A stretch of 64,000 nt of DNA from Pocillopora damicornis (Eukaryota). The notes beneath the pieces are model-generated. The model worked only from the letters and a program-made list of their open reading frames with translations, was not told where the DNA came from and searched no databases. Location: NCBI RefSeq assembly GCF_003704095.1, contig NW_020846942.1, positions 1,240,001-1,304,000 of the forward strand, in the 5' to 3' direction. Shown piece by piece: positions 45,501 through 60,500 of the stretch; the first letter of the stretch is position 1, and every line of letters starts with the position of its first letter. The position numbers and the translations under genes are program-made.

Positions 45501-48500
45501 GCGCACTGTGATTGATCTAGAACACTTGCACTGCCTTCTCAACAGACCAAGTGCAAATCAAAAACCAGTCGCGATTTTTGTCATTGCGATTTTCCAGCGC
45601 TTTAGGCAGTTTGGTTTCACTTCAAGTTCTCATTTGCTTCATTGTAAATTATATTTGGTCTGACTGAGTACTTGGTTTTTTTTTATGCGTCACTCGGTCG
45701 CCAAGCGCTGTAGCTTCAACTTATGTTAAAACTCCAGGTAGCCTGATATCCGTGTTGTTTTGTTTTTCAGCTGATGATTTTACTCTTGAGAAGATCATTG
45801 AACTTGGATTGGATCAGTTTGCTGAGCAGATCAGTGAAGTCTCCGCTGCTGCAAGCAAGGAGTTGTCCATAGAACAAGTATGAATTTCTTTTTATGTGTT
45901 GGGAATGTTTATGTGTCGCCCCCGTGTGGTAATGTGGTGGAAGTCCATGTGTCCTAAACGGTTGTATAACGGGAATTATAATACGTTGCATTATTTCACT
46001 TTTGAGCTTTTGAGAACCAAAGGTATATTCTACATGCTTAGGAGCGCCTTCCTATGTTAACGTTTCTGCGACAATTATTTTTTTTTGTCAGGCTATTACA
46101 GGCATTGCTGAGAGCTGGGAGCAAATTACCTTGGATATTGGACCGTACAAGGATCGCGGTCATTTCAGACTCAAGTACGAATTTACGATAACTTTAGATA
46201 GAAAACAAACGAAAATGAATTAAAAAGTGTTTCGTTTATCAGCACATTTTTGTGTAGGATGAACTTCGTGATAGCTTTATCCTATCAACAGTTGAGATTT
46301 TTTAATTTTGTAAATAGATGTCATCTGTTTTGGTTGAAATTTTGTTTCGTCAACTAGGATCTGTTGTTATCGATATATTCATACCACTGATCGAGGGTTA
46401 CTTGACCTATTTTTATACTAATTGCGGTTTTATTTTCAACAAAATTCTAAGTTTTTTCCTCTGGTCTTCAGGGCAACAGACGAAGTCTTTCAACAGCTGG
46501 AAGATAACCAAGTTACTCTGTCCACCATGAAGGCTTCGCGATATGTCAAGGCTTTTGAAGTAGAGGTAAGATATATGAAAGTTCGAGTAGTTTTAACAGG
46601 ATTGTTGNNNNNNNNNNNNNNNNNNNNNNNNNNNNNNNNNNNNNNNNNNNNNNNNNNNNNNNNNNNNNNNNNNNNNNNNNNNNNNNNNNNNNNNNNNNNN
46701 NNNNNNNGATATTTCAATGCTAGATTCTCCATTAGCTGTTTTTTTCGCCGTCTGAATACGAGCCCGCTGATACGAAAGGTAGAGCAACGGTATAAGCTAA
46801 TTCACGTGCAGGCGCGCGGCAATTTAGTTCGTAACTGTGACCCCACTTCTTTGGTTATAAGTGTTACGAATGCCTGCCAGTTGAGAGAAGTCTTGATATT
46901 TTTTTCTTTTTCAAAAAGGTGATCATGCAAAGACTGAACAAGGATAACAATGCGTTGAGAGGCACTCACCATCCAGGTAAAGTGCACTGTTTCCAAAATA
47001 AACTTTTCTACCCGACTCATTTCAAAGAACGTCGAATATTGTGAGGCTCTTGGCTTCATGCCGACTAACCTTCGCTTTGTTTCTCATTAAAGGTTTTCAT
47101 TTATTTTACAGGCTTGCTCGATACACTAAACGACATGAATCTGAAACTAGAAGAGATTCAGAAGTCACTGGATATGTACTTGGAGACGAAAAGGCAGATT
47201 TTCCCTCGCTTCTATTTCTTGTCTAATGACGATCTTCTGGAGATACTGGGACAGTCTAAAAACCCTGAAGCTGTGAGTAGCATTGTTGAGACATAAACTG
47301 AGTCGATTTATTGTGCTTGCCCTAATTTGCATTTCACAATCTTCCATTTTATTTTGCAGGTTCAACCTCACTTGAAAAAATGTTTCGACAACATCAAGCA
47401 ACTAAAGATGGCAAAGGTGAAAAAAAACGAATTGAGATCTTGTTTTTTGTTATTATTTACGATCGAGGCCGATTGATTGAAAGAACCATGGTGAGCCGCT
47501 TTGTGACCCTCTTGACTTTGTTTGCGTGATTGCTTCAACAGATGGGTATCACACAGAAGACAGAGGCAGTTGGAATGTTCTCTGCAGAAGGTGAATTTGT
47601 GGAGTTTGGACATTCTGTTCTGCTGGAAGGACCAGTTGAGGTGTGAACCGAACTTATACTTGCAGCAACTCAGATAATTTCACCCATTACGGGACATTTT
47701 TCGCTATTCACAAGGGTGTCACTTTTCAGGGAAACCTTGCTGAAGATGGCGCTGAGCATTTCAGGTCATCTACATAGATACATTCATCCTGTGCATTTTT
47801 TTTGTTCCTTGATAAGTCACCCATCAAGGAAGAAGTTTTTCATAATGGTTTTTTTTCATTAATACTGCTAAGGAAAGCTTTTTCAAGGAAAAACTGCCAA
47901 AGAGTACTTGTTGACTTGGTCTACTACATGGTCGTACAAGATGTTGTTTGGTATTGAAAGATCCATATTTTCTCTACACACATGCCACTAGCATGGTGTT
48001 GAAGCTTCGAGGTGTTAGTGTCCAGCTTTTACCAGCAAGATTAAAGACTGGTAGTCAGTTTTTGTTGACCCGCATAAAGCAACATTTTGAATCATTAGGA
48101 TGCACTTGGTCTACGTCACCTTTATTATGGAGTGCAGCATTAAGATACGGACAAAATCACGGGAGGGTACCCCTTAATCTAGAGGGAACAGCGGTGTATT
48201 TTCTTATACATATAAAACTGGCGGGGTTCAAGTCTTTAATTATTTATTTGATGTTTGCTTCGTCCTTTTCAGGCGTGGCTGTGCGACGTGGAACGAAGCA
48301 TGCGCTGGACTCTAAAGGAACTGCTGAAGCAGTGCAGGCTCGCCTTGAAGAAGAACACCAGTAAGCGTGACAAATGGGTGAAAGAATGGGCAGGGCAGGT
48401 AAATAGATCTTGTTGCAAGTACGTTGATTACAGATTTGTTGACGCTTTTATATATTTACATGTAAGAACAGTAGGATCAAAGAGACACAGTGCCTTATTG

Positions 48501-51500
48501 TGTTCAAGTCTCAGGGAAGGCAGCTTAATCTCGTAATTCCTCTCCCTCCCATGAACGTGAAAGAAATGTTTCGAACATTGATAATGAGGTTCCTTTTAAA
48601 TTTGTCACAGTTGACCATAACTTCAAGTCAGATGCAATGGACAAGTGATTGCACGAAAGCGTTGGCCAGCACTAAAGAAAGAGGAGACAAGAAAGCTTTG
48701 AAGAGTTTGAAAAAGAAGCAGGTGAGAATTTCGTATTGTTATTTCGAGTTCCTTTATTGCGTCTTCCGTGCTTCAAACTGTTTGTTTGTGTTTACTTTTA
48801 TTCTCCTTTTTTTTTCTTTGTGATTACTTCGGTTTTTATCACTCAGTCGAAATGCAATGCAATCGAGGAGAATATGCCGCTTTTCCAATGACATCTCCGA
48901 AAGATCAGATGTCAAAGTCCTATCGATTAAGGACAACGACAACAATCGTAGGCCTCGGCGTCGTCAGGAAAATACTAGCGACATTTATTCGTCACATTCT
49001 TAATCACTTGCATCCCACTTCCTCCCCCAACCCCGGATTTATCCGAATCATGACTGACATCAACCTTTTCTCACAGATCTCTATGCTGAACAAATTCTCT
49101 GAGATGATTCGTGGCAATTTGACAAAGATCCAGCGGCAGAAGATTGTTGCTCTCGTCACAATTGAGGTTCATGCCAGGGATGTGATTGAGAAGATGATCA
49201 AATCAGGGTGTGGTGACGTGACGGCCTTTGAGTGGCTCAGTCAGCTGAGGCTGTATTGGGACAAGGTTTGTAAGAAACTATATGACACCGACTGTTTCAT
49301 TTCTAACTGATTTTCCTTGTGGTCTTTGTAACTTTGACAGAGTCAGAAGCTCTCTATATAACACCAGCTTCTGTCCATCGTTAAAAAAAAAAAAATTTTC
49401 CTGGAGTTCAAGTTCCTTTAATTAAGATGTAATAAATGTATTCAGTTACTCACAAAATGTAGCTGTAAATAAAGAGTTTGAAAGGTCCCAAACGCCAGAC
49501 ACAAAGAAATGACGGCAATGATTCATTGACTGGGCGACTATGCAGGCCGTCACTACTTTAAATTTAATATTTCATTTCTGTTTTGTTTTCCGATTTAGGA
49601 CATTGATGACTGCGTTGTGCGGCAAACGAACACTCAATTTCAATATGGTTATGAATATTTGGGAAATTCTGGACGGCTTGTGATCACACCCCTCACGGAC
49701 AGGTTAGATTAAAGAAGAACAGAGTATTTGTAGCGCTACAGCGAGAAAGGAACAACGTGAAAGACTTAATTAATCCCTCTTAAAGCCTGTGCTCTAATGA
49801 TAGAACAATTTTCAAGTGCCCTGTGGTTGCTCTAGAAAACTCGTGCCATCCTCTAAGCCAATCAGATTCAGCGCGAGAACCAATTGCTTCGTAGTAACTC
49901 GTGCTTTTCCGAACTTCAGACAGTTAGCTTGTTTCAACTTTGCGTCTTTTAACTCCCTACAGATGTTATATGACTCTGACAACAGCTCTCCATCTTCACC
50001 GTGGTGGTAGTCCCAAGGGCCCTGCGGGTACAGGCAAGACCGAGACCGTCAAGGATCTTGGAAAAGCTCTTGGAAATTACGTCATCGTCGTCAATTGTTC
50101 AGAGGGTCTGGACTACAAGTCAATGGGGCGCATGTACAGTGGACTGGCTCAGGTACGGTTTTATAAGTTGGATAAGGACGCGCTTCTGATATCGAAAAAC
50201 CTCGTAACTAAGCGACGTTGCGTGAAGTCGAGCCTGCGTTCCAAATGCCTTTGCCATTCATTAACATTTGGTCAAATGAGGCAAACTACTAAACTGCCAG
50301 ATTTAATTAATTTGTAACCAACTTCACCTTTATATTTCGTATGTAGACTGGAGCATGGGGCTGCTTTGACGAGTTCAACCGCATCAACATTGAAGTATTG
50401 TCTGTAGTGGCGCAGCAGATTCTGTCCATTCTGTCTGCTCTGTCGGCTGGTGCTACACGATTTGTGTTTGAGGGACGTGAGATTAACCTGGTCTGGTCGT
50501 GTGGAATCTTCATCACTATGAATCCTGGTAAAATAAAATTTCTCCTATAACGCTAGAATCTTCATCCACTATGATATCTCTGTGACTTTCATGCCTTTGC
50601 TCGGTACATTCTAACGCCTTTCTTTGGCATTTTCATGGTGATTCGGTCTCCAAAATTTGACTTTTGGGTTTCTGTTTATGGCGAGATTGTGTAGACTCGT
50701 TTTTCGGCTACAGAAAGCGAAGAGGAGACGAATGTATTTGTTTTTGCTCATACAGGCTATGCTGGTCGAACTGAGCTTCCAGACAACTTGAAAAGTATGT
50801 TCAGACCAATATCAATGGTCGTACCGGATTCAGCCATGATTGCAGAAATTATCCTGTTTGCTGAGGGTTTTAACAACACAAAGGTCAGTTTTATGGCATT
50901 GAAGATATTTCTTTTCAAAAAGAACCCTCAATTTAGCTTGTTAATTGCGTTCAGCGTAAATAGGCTCGTTTCTTTTTTCTAGAGTCACTCGCTGAAGATA
51001 CGCCTGACGCTTCAGCTAACAGTTTCGTGTTCGAACGAAAAAAAGTGATAAAAGAACATAGGATTGCGTTCTGTTTACTTTGTAGAACTATTACGCCTGG
51101 CAGATTATCCTTATCTCAAAAACACGTTTTTCCAAGCAATACTCTTTTGGGTCTGCTTTCGTCCGAGAGTTTTTTTTCTTTCGATTTATGTTGGGTTATA
51201 TGAGTTTGGGTGGAAAAATTAGATTCAAGGGAAGATTAAATGAAGATTAAAGTTTATGTAAAACACCGAGTCAAAAATGAAGTTTGTGGTACAAAAGCCA
51301 CCAATTATATTTTGTCTCGGTCTTGAAAAAAGGATGCAGAGGAAATTTATCAATTTTCCTTTTTAACAGGTGCTTGCTAGGAAGGTTCACACGCTCTATT
51401 CCTTGGCGGTACAGCAGCTGTCCAAACAAGATCATTATGACTTTGGTCTGAGGGCTCTGACATCCGTGTTGAGATATGCTGGTAAAAAGAAGAGAGCGAA

Positions 51501-54500
51501 CCCTGACATGTCTGATGAAGAGGTAACTAGATATTTGCTATTCAGAGCACACGTTTTGAAGGTGCTGCAGTGAAGGATAATATTGTAGTTCTTTGTAGAG
51601 ACTAACATATTCTCCGGCTTTTCGTGGTTGGTAACATGATGGTCAAACATTTGTTTCTTATGTTTTCCTTTGAAATTTTGCGCAGAAAATGGGCGCACGG
51701 CCAGTAAAAATTGATCCCGGTGCAAGTTCTTTACGTTTAACCGCCTCGTCGGGGATGTAGTACGGTCGTAACATACCTCTTCGTGACTCACCAGGTTGCC
51801 ACCACTTCTATCCCGTCACCAGTCCCTTTTCATCTGCACCCTTCTCCTGCTACACTTATCCCTGCATTTTCCATTTTTCCTCTTTGCCAATTCTTTGTTT
51901 AGGCAGAATGGCAGCAAAGCAATGAAACCGTAGGTGAAAACTGGTGGAATTTTATTAGAATGAAAATTGAGAAAATCTATGAACTGACAATACTTCAGCC
52001 GGGCTACGTTGTTCAAAGCACGATTAAGCCAACCGAGTGTTAACTAACAATTTTTGGCGTAATTTTGAAGCCTTTCAAAGAGTTTTAATCATTTACATTT
52101 TCTCTTCAGTTTCGTCTAACGCTTAAGTAAAACCCCTCTAAACGTAAGCCCTATTATATGCTTTATTTCAAGGGGAATTAAAAACAAGTTAAAATTTTAA
52201 CCCTGGATTATCGCTTGCGCCTTTTGAACATCCGAGCCACTTAGATTCTCAAATTAACTTCTGGACTACCTGCCCTTTGGTGACAACCCCGCGGAAAAAA
52301 AAATTCATTTTTCACTTATCGCTGTTTTGACTTTCATCAGATTCTCCTTCTGTCCATGAAGGACATGAATGTAGCCAAACTGACGTCACAGGATCTGCCT
52401 CTGTTCAATGGAATCGTGTCTGATCTGTTTCCTGGAGTCGAGACGCCCACGATTGACTATGGCAAGGTAACTCGTTGTAAAAGTCTTAAACCCAACCTTT
52501 CCTTTTTTTTTTCGTAATAACTTATCATCTACAGGTGACGAAAGTTGTTGATAATAACTCGTTGAATTTTCAATTATTACCCAGTTACGCACTGCTATTG
52601 AAAAAGATGTCAAAGAGGCAGGCCTTAAACCACACCCGTCAACCATTCTGAAGGTGATTCAGCTATACGAGACAAAGAACTCCAGGTGTGTTGCATGCAG
52701 TGAATAGACCACTGTTATCACTACTTGACGTAGCTGGCTTGTTTCCGTGTTAAATTTCTCGTTCGCAATCTCAGGGGTTTCACTAACTTTTAGCTTTTTT
52801 GGAACCCCTGAATCTGCATACAGAGTCTACTTCATTTTTACCTTACCTTGCTTTTGTGGACCTATCACCATGTACATGTTAGTTTTCTTTCTTGGCAAAC
52901 ATGATCATCTTTATAGTTAGTTCAGGGTTTAAATATTCTGACGTTACATTGAAGCTTCTGATCTGTACGATACTGCATTAGTGCTAACGTTACAGAATTT
53001 TAAAGAAGTGAATACAAATTTAGGGCCTGCTTTTTCACTGTTAGTTTTTAGTTAATTAGTTTTTTTTAGCATGTAACACGGATTTTTTTTTCCTCTTTAA
53101 GACATTCTACCATGTTAGTCGGCCAGACAGGCTCGGGAAAAAGTGTTTGTTGGAAGATTTTGCAAGCAGCTATGACACGATTGAAGAGAGATGGTGACTC
53201 CAACTTTAGCATTGTCAGGGTTAGTTAACCTTATTTATCGTTGTGTACAGTGGATTCACGACATATAAAGGGTATAAAATGGCCACGCGTGGATATCTTC
53301 GAGTGTGGATGATATGTCTCATTATTATTTACTAAAACAGTGCATCGAAAGGTTATACTTTATGGTAGAATGCCTTTCAATAGTTATCTCTTTTTTTCGT
53401 TTTCATTCAAACTTACACATTTTTTAATTCTTCAGGAATTTCCCATTAATCCCAAAGCCTTGTCCCTTGGTGAACTTTACGGAGAGTTTGATCTCAACAC
53501 TAACGAGTGGACCGACGGAGTACTCTCCAGTGTGATGAGACTCACGTGCTCGGGTAAGTATTGGCTGTCACCTCCCAATTGTTTTACACGAACAACAAAG
53601 CTTTCTTTTCTTTAATGTATTTTCTCTCAGTGTTTCTCTTCTACCATCGTAAATCACTGTCTTGCAAAATAAGCGAAAGAGAATTGATTCGTTCGTAGAA
53701 ATCTGCAAAAGGAATCAAAACTAGGGAAAAGGAAAACTGCAGACTTTTCGAACACAAATCTTATTCAAGGACGGGCATCCTGTTGATTTACCATTTTGTT
53801 TTGAGCTTTAACATAGAAGTTGTGCGCTTCTAGAATACCGTAAGTTACTTGCTTGTGTCGTTGTTTGTAACTCGTGCGCAACAACTTGATTGTGAAAGCC
53901 TAAAAACACGTCACCTAGTTATTACAGCGTTTACCCATGCGCAGACGTTTGACTCCTGTGTTCAATCCACGTGGGCTTTTTTCTTTTGAATTTTCTGACG
54001 TCATATGCGCGAGCGTGAATCGTTTGATTATGACGCAAGCCAACACTCTTCGGTTATTGGAAACAATTTGACGCATGCAAAATGCCGAAGATTGTTCTAC
54101 AAGAAAGCTTATTTAGGAGCAAGGAAACTTAAAACATAATTTAGAAATGCGCTAAAAACGTAGAGCGGGGCAAACGAATTTTACTATTATTTCTACCGGA
54201 ACAGGCAAAAAAAGTATCACCTCCTAGGAACCCATTTTTTTCTTAAGTGATCTTTAAATCTTCGTTGCATAAGTTCAAAGACATAAAAAGGGACACTCGC
54301 AAAAGAGTCGTAATAAGCCAAGAAAGAATAAGAATGGTTTTGAATTCTCTTCTCGCATTTTGTGTTTTCAGATGAGAGGCCAGATGAAAAGTGGATTCTG
54401 TTCGACGCTCCCGTGGATACGTTGTGGATTGAGTCCATGAATTCTGTTATGGACGACAACAAAGTGCTTACTCTTATTAATGGTGAACGTATAGCCATGC

Positions 54501-57500
54501 CTGATCAGGTTAGATGCCTTGCCAATTCGAGTAGGTCTTTCTGTGTGTGCACTCTGGAAAACTTAGAGTAATTTTCAGCGGAGAGTCGAGAGAAGTCTAG
54601 GATTGCATTAGTTTTACTTCCCCTCGCCTCTGTGTAATGGGTCCTGAAAACTTGCGCCACTCCTTTAACTAATCAGATGCTAAACCAAAAATAGTCGTAT
54701 TTCTTGTGAGTTTTTTAATTATTCTTACCAACATATTTCTCAGCTATCGTTAGCCGTTGTGATTACTTGACACCGCACTTTCTTCAGCCAATCTAATGCA
54801 GAGCTGAAACCCTTCGCAAATCAATCTGCACGCTTTTCGTAGCCCTTGATGACAACCATGAATATTTTATGAAGTGTATTGGACGTTAATAGTCTTTACA
54901 TAGAAAAACTCCATAAAAACTGCTAAACACGGGAAGATCTTTGTATAATTATAGCAGATTATACATGTCAAGAGATTTTGATTTTTCTTTGATGGGTTGT
55001 TTTTGTTTTTAAGGTTTCCTTACTATTCGAGGTAGAAGACCTTGCTGTAGCATCTCCTGCCACAGTCAGTCGATGTGGTATGGTTTTTTCCGATTACAAA
55101 GATCTTGGATGGCAGCCCTACGTTGACTGCTGGCTGGACAAGAGAACGGATAAGGTACGTGTTTTTTGTACTTGAGACTCGCTAACTGTTTGTTTGTCTT
55201 CATACTTTTGTGTACAGGGAGACTTTATTACTCTATCCTTGGTCCTCTACATCTCAAACAAAACCAGTGGTTCCATAAACGAAATACCAACGAAAATTGT
55301 AGGCTCGACTAAGACCAATTTGTAGTTATCTTCAGTTACTTTATCGCAAGAAACTATTTTCATTTTTATTTTTAACAGCAATCCGTGGAGCACCTTCAGA
55401 GGTTGTTTGAGAAGTTTGTTCCTAAAGTGTTGGATTTTCGAAGACACCACTGCAAGGAACTCGTTCCCACCTCCGAATTAAACTCTGTTGCGTCATTGTG
55501 TGTTTTGTTTGACGCACTAGCCACGGAGGAGAACGGGGTTAGTATTCATAGTTCATACCAGCTCAGAGACGGAGTCAGATTATTATGATGTCAGTTGGAA
55601 ATTGTAACTTTTACTATTAACGAACAAATTTATAATTAACAGACAGGAAGCTGACCCTTTCCTCACCAACATTGGTACATAAGCTTATCACTAGCACACT
55701 TGGCTACTGTCATGACCTATTGTATAGTTCAGCGAAGTATCCACTGTACAAAGTGCAACCTGTCCCGAATGCTAGTGCACGCCGAGTTTACTGTCCCTCG
55801 AAATCATGTCACATCACACCTTTGCTTTGCGAGTTGCAATGGCTACTTGTTTACAATCGCATAAGATATAAAATAATCCTCATATTTAAAATATTGCATG
55901 GCATGGAGCCTGAGTATTTGAGTAATTCAATATCCATATCACCTCCGATAATCAAAGACGCAAGTTTTAGCAATTTTCAATCGGGTGTCGGAAGTTGTGT
56001 TGTTTTGCTTCACTTTGCTCAGTGATTGATGGCGGGACTTGAAACTCGCGAAACTTTAATTTACATGCTCATGCTTTTTCTTTTTTCCTTATTTTTAGGT
56101 TCATCCACATGAAGACAGCTACCCTCGCATGATCGAGCTGTGGTTCTTGTTCTCATTGATTTGGTCTATTTGCGCGTCTGTGGACGAAGACAGCAGAAAG
56201 AAAATGGACAATTTCCTTCGAGAAATCGAAGGTCAATTTCCCGCAAAGGTATGTAGTTTGAACAGGATGGAGAACTTATTTATTCAACAAAAATTATTGG
56301 GGGGGAGGGGGAGAGGAAAGATTAAAAGCAAAACGATAAATTGTGGTCCGTATTGTCGTAAAACACTTCGCAAATTTCAGAACATGAAAAAGAAAATTCC
56401 TCTTTTCTTTAGACTTTGACGATAAAATGTTAGGAAAGGAAGAAGGAAGACATCGTTGCATGGAAATTGTATATGTTTGATGATTGGCACACTTGGCACC
56501 AATGCACCAAGTTTATATATTGGCAAATATTGCATCCTTGCTCATAACAAACCTCCTTGTGGAAGACTGAATGACTGTAATGCACTCTGTTTTTTTTTTT
56601 ATAGGATACAGTGTATGAGTATCATGTGGATACGAAACAGAAGGCTTGGGCTCTGTGGGAGGACAAACTCAGGACAGGTTGGCGATACACGCCCAAGTAT
56701 GTGGAAAAGTCATTTGTATTGTTTTCCATATTTTTTTTTAAGGAAATAAATTTTATTTAACTTGCGGGTGAAAATTGTGTAAAGCAACGATCCTTGTATA
56801 TACTTGGAACCCACGTCTCCCAAATACTAGGCGGGCGCTACTAACAACTGAGCTACGAAGCCACACTTTGGGACTGGGGCATATTTTAGAGGGTTCTTCT
56901 TTCTCGCGGAGGAATCTAATCATAAATTTTGATGAAATCAATTTCATTCATTTACTATTGCTATGTAACGCATTACTCTGCTTACATAAAGCTGTTGTTC
57001 AGTTAGGAGATACCCACTACTCCTTCTGAGAGTGACGGTTCATCACAGATATTAGATGATGTTTGGTTCCTTTGAGTAAAATTAGTGTAACTGCCTACCA
57101 CGAGTCTCCCATAGCTAAGCGATTGGAGCCTCCGAAGTACTTAGCTAAAGATCGTAGGTTGGACTCCTATTGGGAGCACCTCGGGGTTCTTTTTCTCCGA
57201 GTATGTCCGTTTCATTCACTGAACAACATCAAAAGTCTGCTCTGCCTTTAATACTAAAGTTTGAAAAGAAACCATTCTGCCATCATTTTGAACTTAATTC
57301 ATTTTTTTTAATGTATTTTCCTAGCATGCCATTTTATAAGATCATGGTCCCGACAGTTGACACAGTGCGGTACGACTTCTTGGTGTACAGTTTACTGCAG
57401 GCTAAGCGGCCTGTCCTTCTAACGGGACCCGTAGGAACTGGAAAGACTTCATTAGCACAGAAAGTGTTACAGAGACTGGATCCCAAGACCTACAGTCTTT

Positions 57501-60500
57501 TGGTTATAAATATGTCTGCACAGGTACAGTGTACGATTAAGTTGAAAGTTAAGTTTCAGGATTAATAATATACATGCAAAAATTACTCGCGTCTGATTGG
57601 CTGGAAACGAGTGCATTTTTCATGTAACATGAGTGCAAAGTTGTGACACGAGTGCAAATTACAAATAGCTCTCGCCTTACGGGCTCGTGTAATTTTGTTG
57701 CCTTTAAAAATTTACTCGTGCTTATTAACACCAAATTGCACTCGAAATCATATTGTTACCTATACTTAGTTTTACCGTGTTTTCATTTGAATTCTCTTGT
57801 TATTTGGGTATCTTGGAGATCATACAATGACCAGTAGAGTGCGGCTTTTTCCGTGGAGGTGTTGTTTTCATTGACTGTATTCTTTTCCTTAGACTTCCTC
57901 GAACAACGTTCAAGAGATCATCGAGAGCAAAGTTGAGAAAAGAACCAAAGGTATGTCATATTTTTTATCAACCAAATTCTCCCAACTCTTCCTTATGTTT
58001 AATGGGGTGCATGCCAGGAGAATTTCATATTTAGTAATTCTAATTTGAAAAAGCAGCGTTTCCTGTGTGCTTAATTTCGTTTCGAATTTGTTGTGTGGGA
58101 ATGGGAGGGGGGGTTTTTAAAAATTGACGCTTTGAGCTTGGTGGGGTGGGGGTCAGGGTTATTTTTGGTTACAAGACAATAATTAACAGTATGTATTTCA
58201 GTTTGAGGAGTTTCAGATCGGTTGTTGTTCAGGCATTAATTTTGTTTTAATTGCTGACTCATCTCTTTGTTCATTTTTCTCTGAGACTTTTTCTTTTCTC
58301 TGAGATTTTTTTTCGATTTTCGAATCATTGTATGTTATTGTGTGTTTATCAAGGTGTCTACGTGCCTGTTGGTGGCAAGCAGCTGATCAACTTCATGGAT
58401 GACTTCAACATGCCCGCTAAAGACACATTTGGTTCGCAGCCACCCCTTGAGCTTATCCGGCTGTGGTTAGATTATGGCTTTTGGTATGATCGACTTAAGC
58501 AGACCGTAAAGTACATAAAGGTAAGTGTAATAATTGCACTCTCTACTTAGAAATGTAATACTCCGTTGCATGAATGACAAACTAGGCCAAGATACAAAAA
58601 CACATTTGTTTCACTGTAGCTGTGTCTTTTTCGATTTTCCTCTTTGGTCGTGATTCGAAATTGCAGACCCGAACCACACTGTGTTTCGTTGTCACTCTAT
58701 ATGATCGAAGCAATGTTTTGATTGAGTGTCGAAAGTCCAGTCCAGTATTTCATTGTTGTTGCTTTTCCCCACTGTGTGATTGGTCTATAAAACTTGCACC
58801 ACTTATAATACTCGCGCCACCTTCCTAAAGAATCATTGCATTGTTTTTTCTTTTCCCCGCTTTTATATTGGTCTAGAAATCTTGCGCCATCCTCCTAGCC
58901 GATTGTTGAATTGTTGTTGCTTTTCCACGCTGTGAGCTCTTTTTACTTAGACTTAATCGACGGAACCTTGTGATATCTTCATTGGTTCAGACTGGCTTTT
59001 ATGTATACTTTGGTGTTTGTAATGTGACACTCAATTGAGATGCGCTCAATAGAAAGATTTACTTGTAAACCATTGTAGCTCGTTTACATCCGTCCTCTCA
59101 CTGTTGTTTAACAGGGCATGCATTTGTTGGCTTCCATGGGTCCTCCGGGCGGTGGCAGGATGGTGATCTCCAAGAGACTGCAGAGCAGGTTTAACCTGAT
59201 CAACATGACTTTCCCTCAGGTAGATAAATATGCGTTATTGACCAACCGTGAGGTCAAGATGGCTTGGAACTGGCCGAGTTCTGTTTTTCGCGAGACGAAG
59301 TCGAGGTCCATGAAGTCGCAAATGAAGAACGAAGTTAATATACAGCCATCTTGACCAAACAGGCCCGGTCAATAAAGGATTTATTACAACGCATAAAGAT
59401 TTCGCTTCAACAAGAATCTTGAATGACTTGTTTATTTTCGAGCGCTTGCAAAGAAAGCCAACTGTGATGGCGTGTGCTTGTTTATGTTTTCTTTGTTTTG
59501 ACTGTCTTTTGACGCTTCTTGTGATTCCATTTCCAGCATTGTCCAGAAATTACGAACTTTGAAAGTCCGCTCCATGCATCTTTCCCACAGGCGCTACCAG
59601 CTATATGATAATAGGAATTATCTCACCATAGCGGGTTTTTGCGCTCATCAATTGTATGCCACCTTCTAAAGTAGCTTAAATTAGGGTTTAATGAGAAAAC
59701 TATGAACCTGGTAGTCGTTCCCGGCGCTCTGCGCAGGATCTATGGAAATAGCCTGTTGTGTTCTTAAACAGGAATAGATTTGCTCACCTGTCAGTACTCC
59801 GCTGTATCAGGCATGGCTGCAAGATTTGTGTAGGAGTTATTATCTTAACAGTTCAGTTTGTCACTTATTACTCGCTGTTTTCAGGAAAGTCAAATCAAGC
59901 GTATTTTTGGCACCATGATCAACCAGAAGCTGCAGGACTTTGAAGAAGACGTCAAGGCTCTTGGTGATCTCATGACCCAGGTGATTGACTTCGCCCATAA
60001 TTATACTGGGTTGGCGCTTGGTTATTTATGATTCCACAAAAATTGGAGTATTACTGAGATTGTTTACATTTTTGTGTTCTTTTTAGGCAACCATTGATAT
60101 CTACAACGCCATCGTTGCCAGAATGCTTCCGACTCCTACCAAGATACATTACCTTTTTAACCTAAGAGACATTTCAAGGGTATTTACTAATTATGGTTAA
60201 AGTATCTGGAATCTAGAAAGTACTGTCTCAACTCAGCGGTGAAACAAACATCGGGCATGCACAAGGGTATAATTTTGGCTGCCCGCGCGCCAATTTCCCG
60301 AGCAAAATTATAAATGATTATAAACACCGTGAGTACTGGTTTGTAAGGTTGTTTGTAACTCGTGTGAGACAACTTGGTTGTGAATGCCTGAAAGCACGCC
60401 ACCTAGTTATGGCACATGCGCAACGTTTGACCGCTGTGTTAAATCCACGTGGGCTTTTCTCTTTTGAATATTCTGACGTCATAAGCGCGAGCGCTAATCG

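Noticed and set aside
55672-56025. 117-aa ORF as a nested host gene inside DNAH2
   Set aside because: It is a decayed L2-type LINE ORF2 tail running into a CCAAT repeat.
56798-57232. Possible tRNA genes (also 42925-43130)
   Set aside because: A and B boxes are degenerate and acceptor/anticodon stems do not pair; they fit SINE heads.
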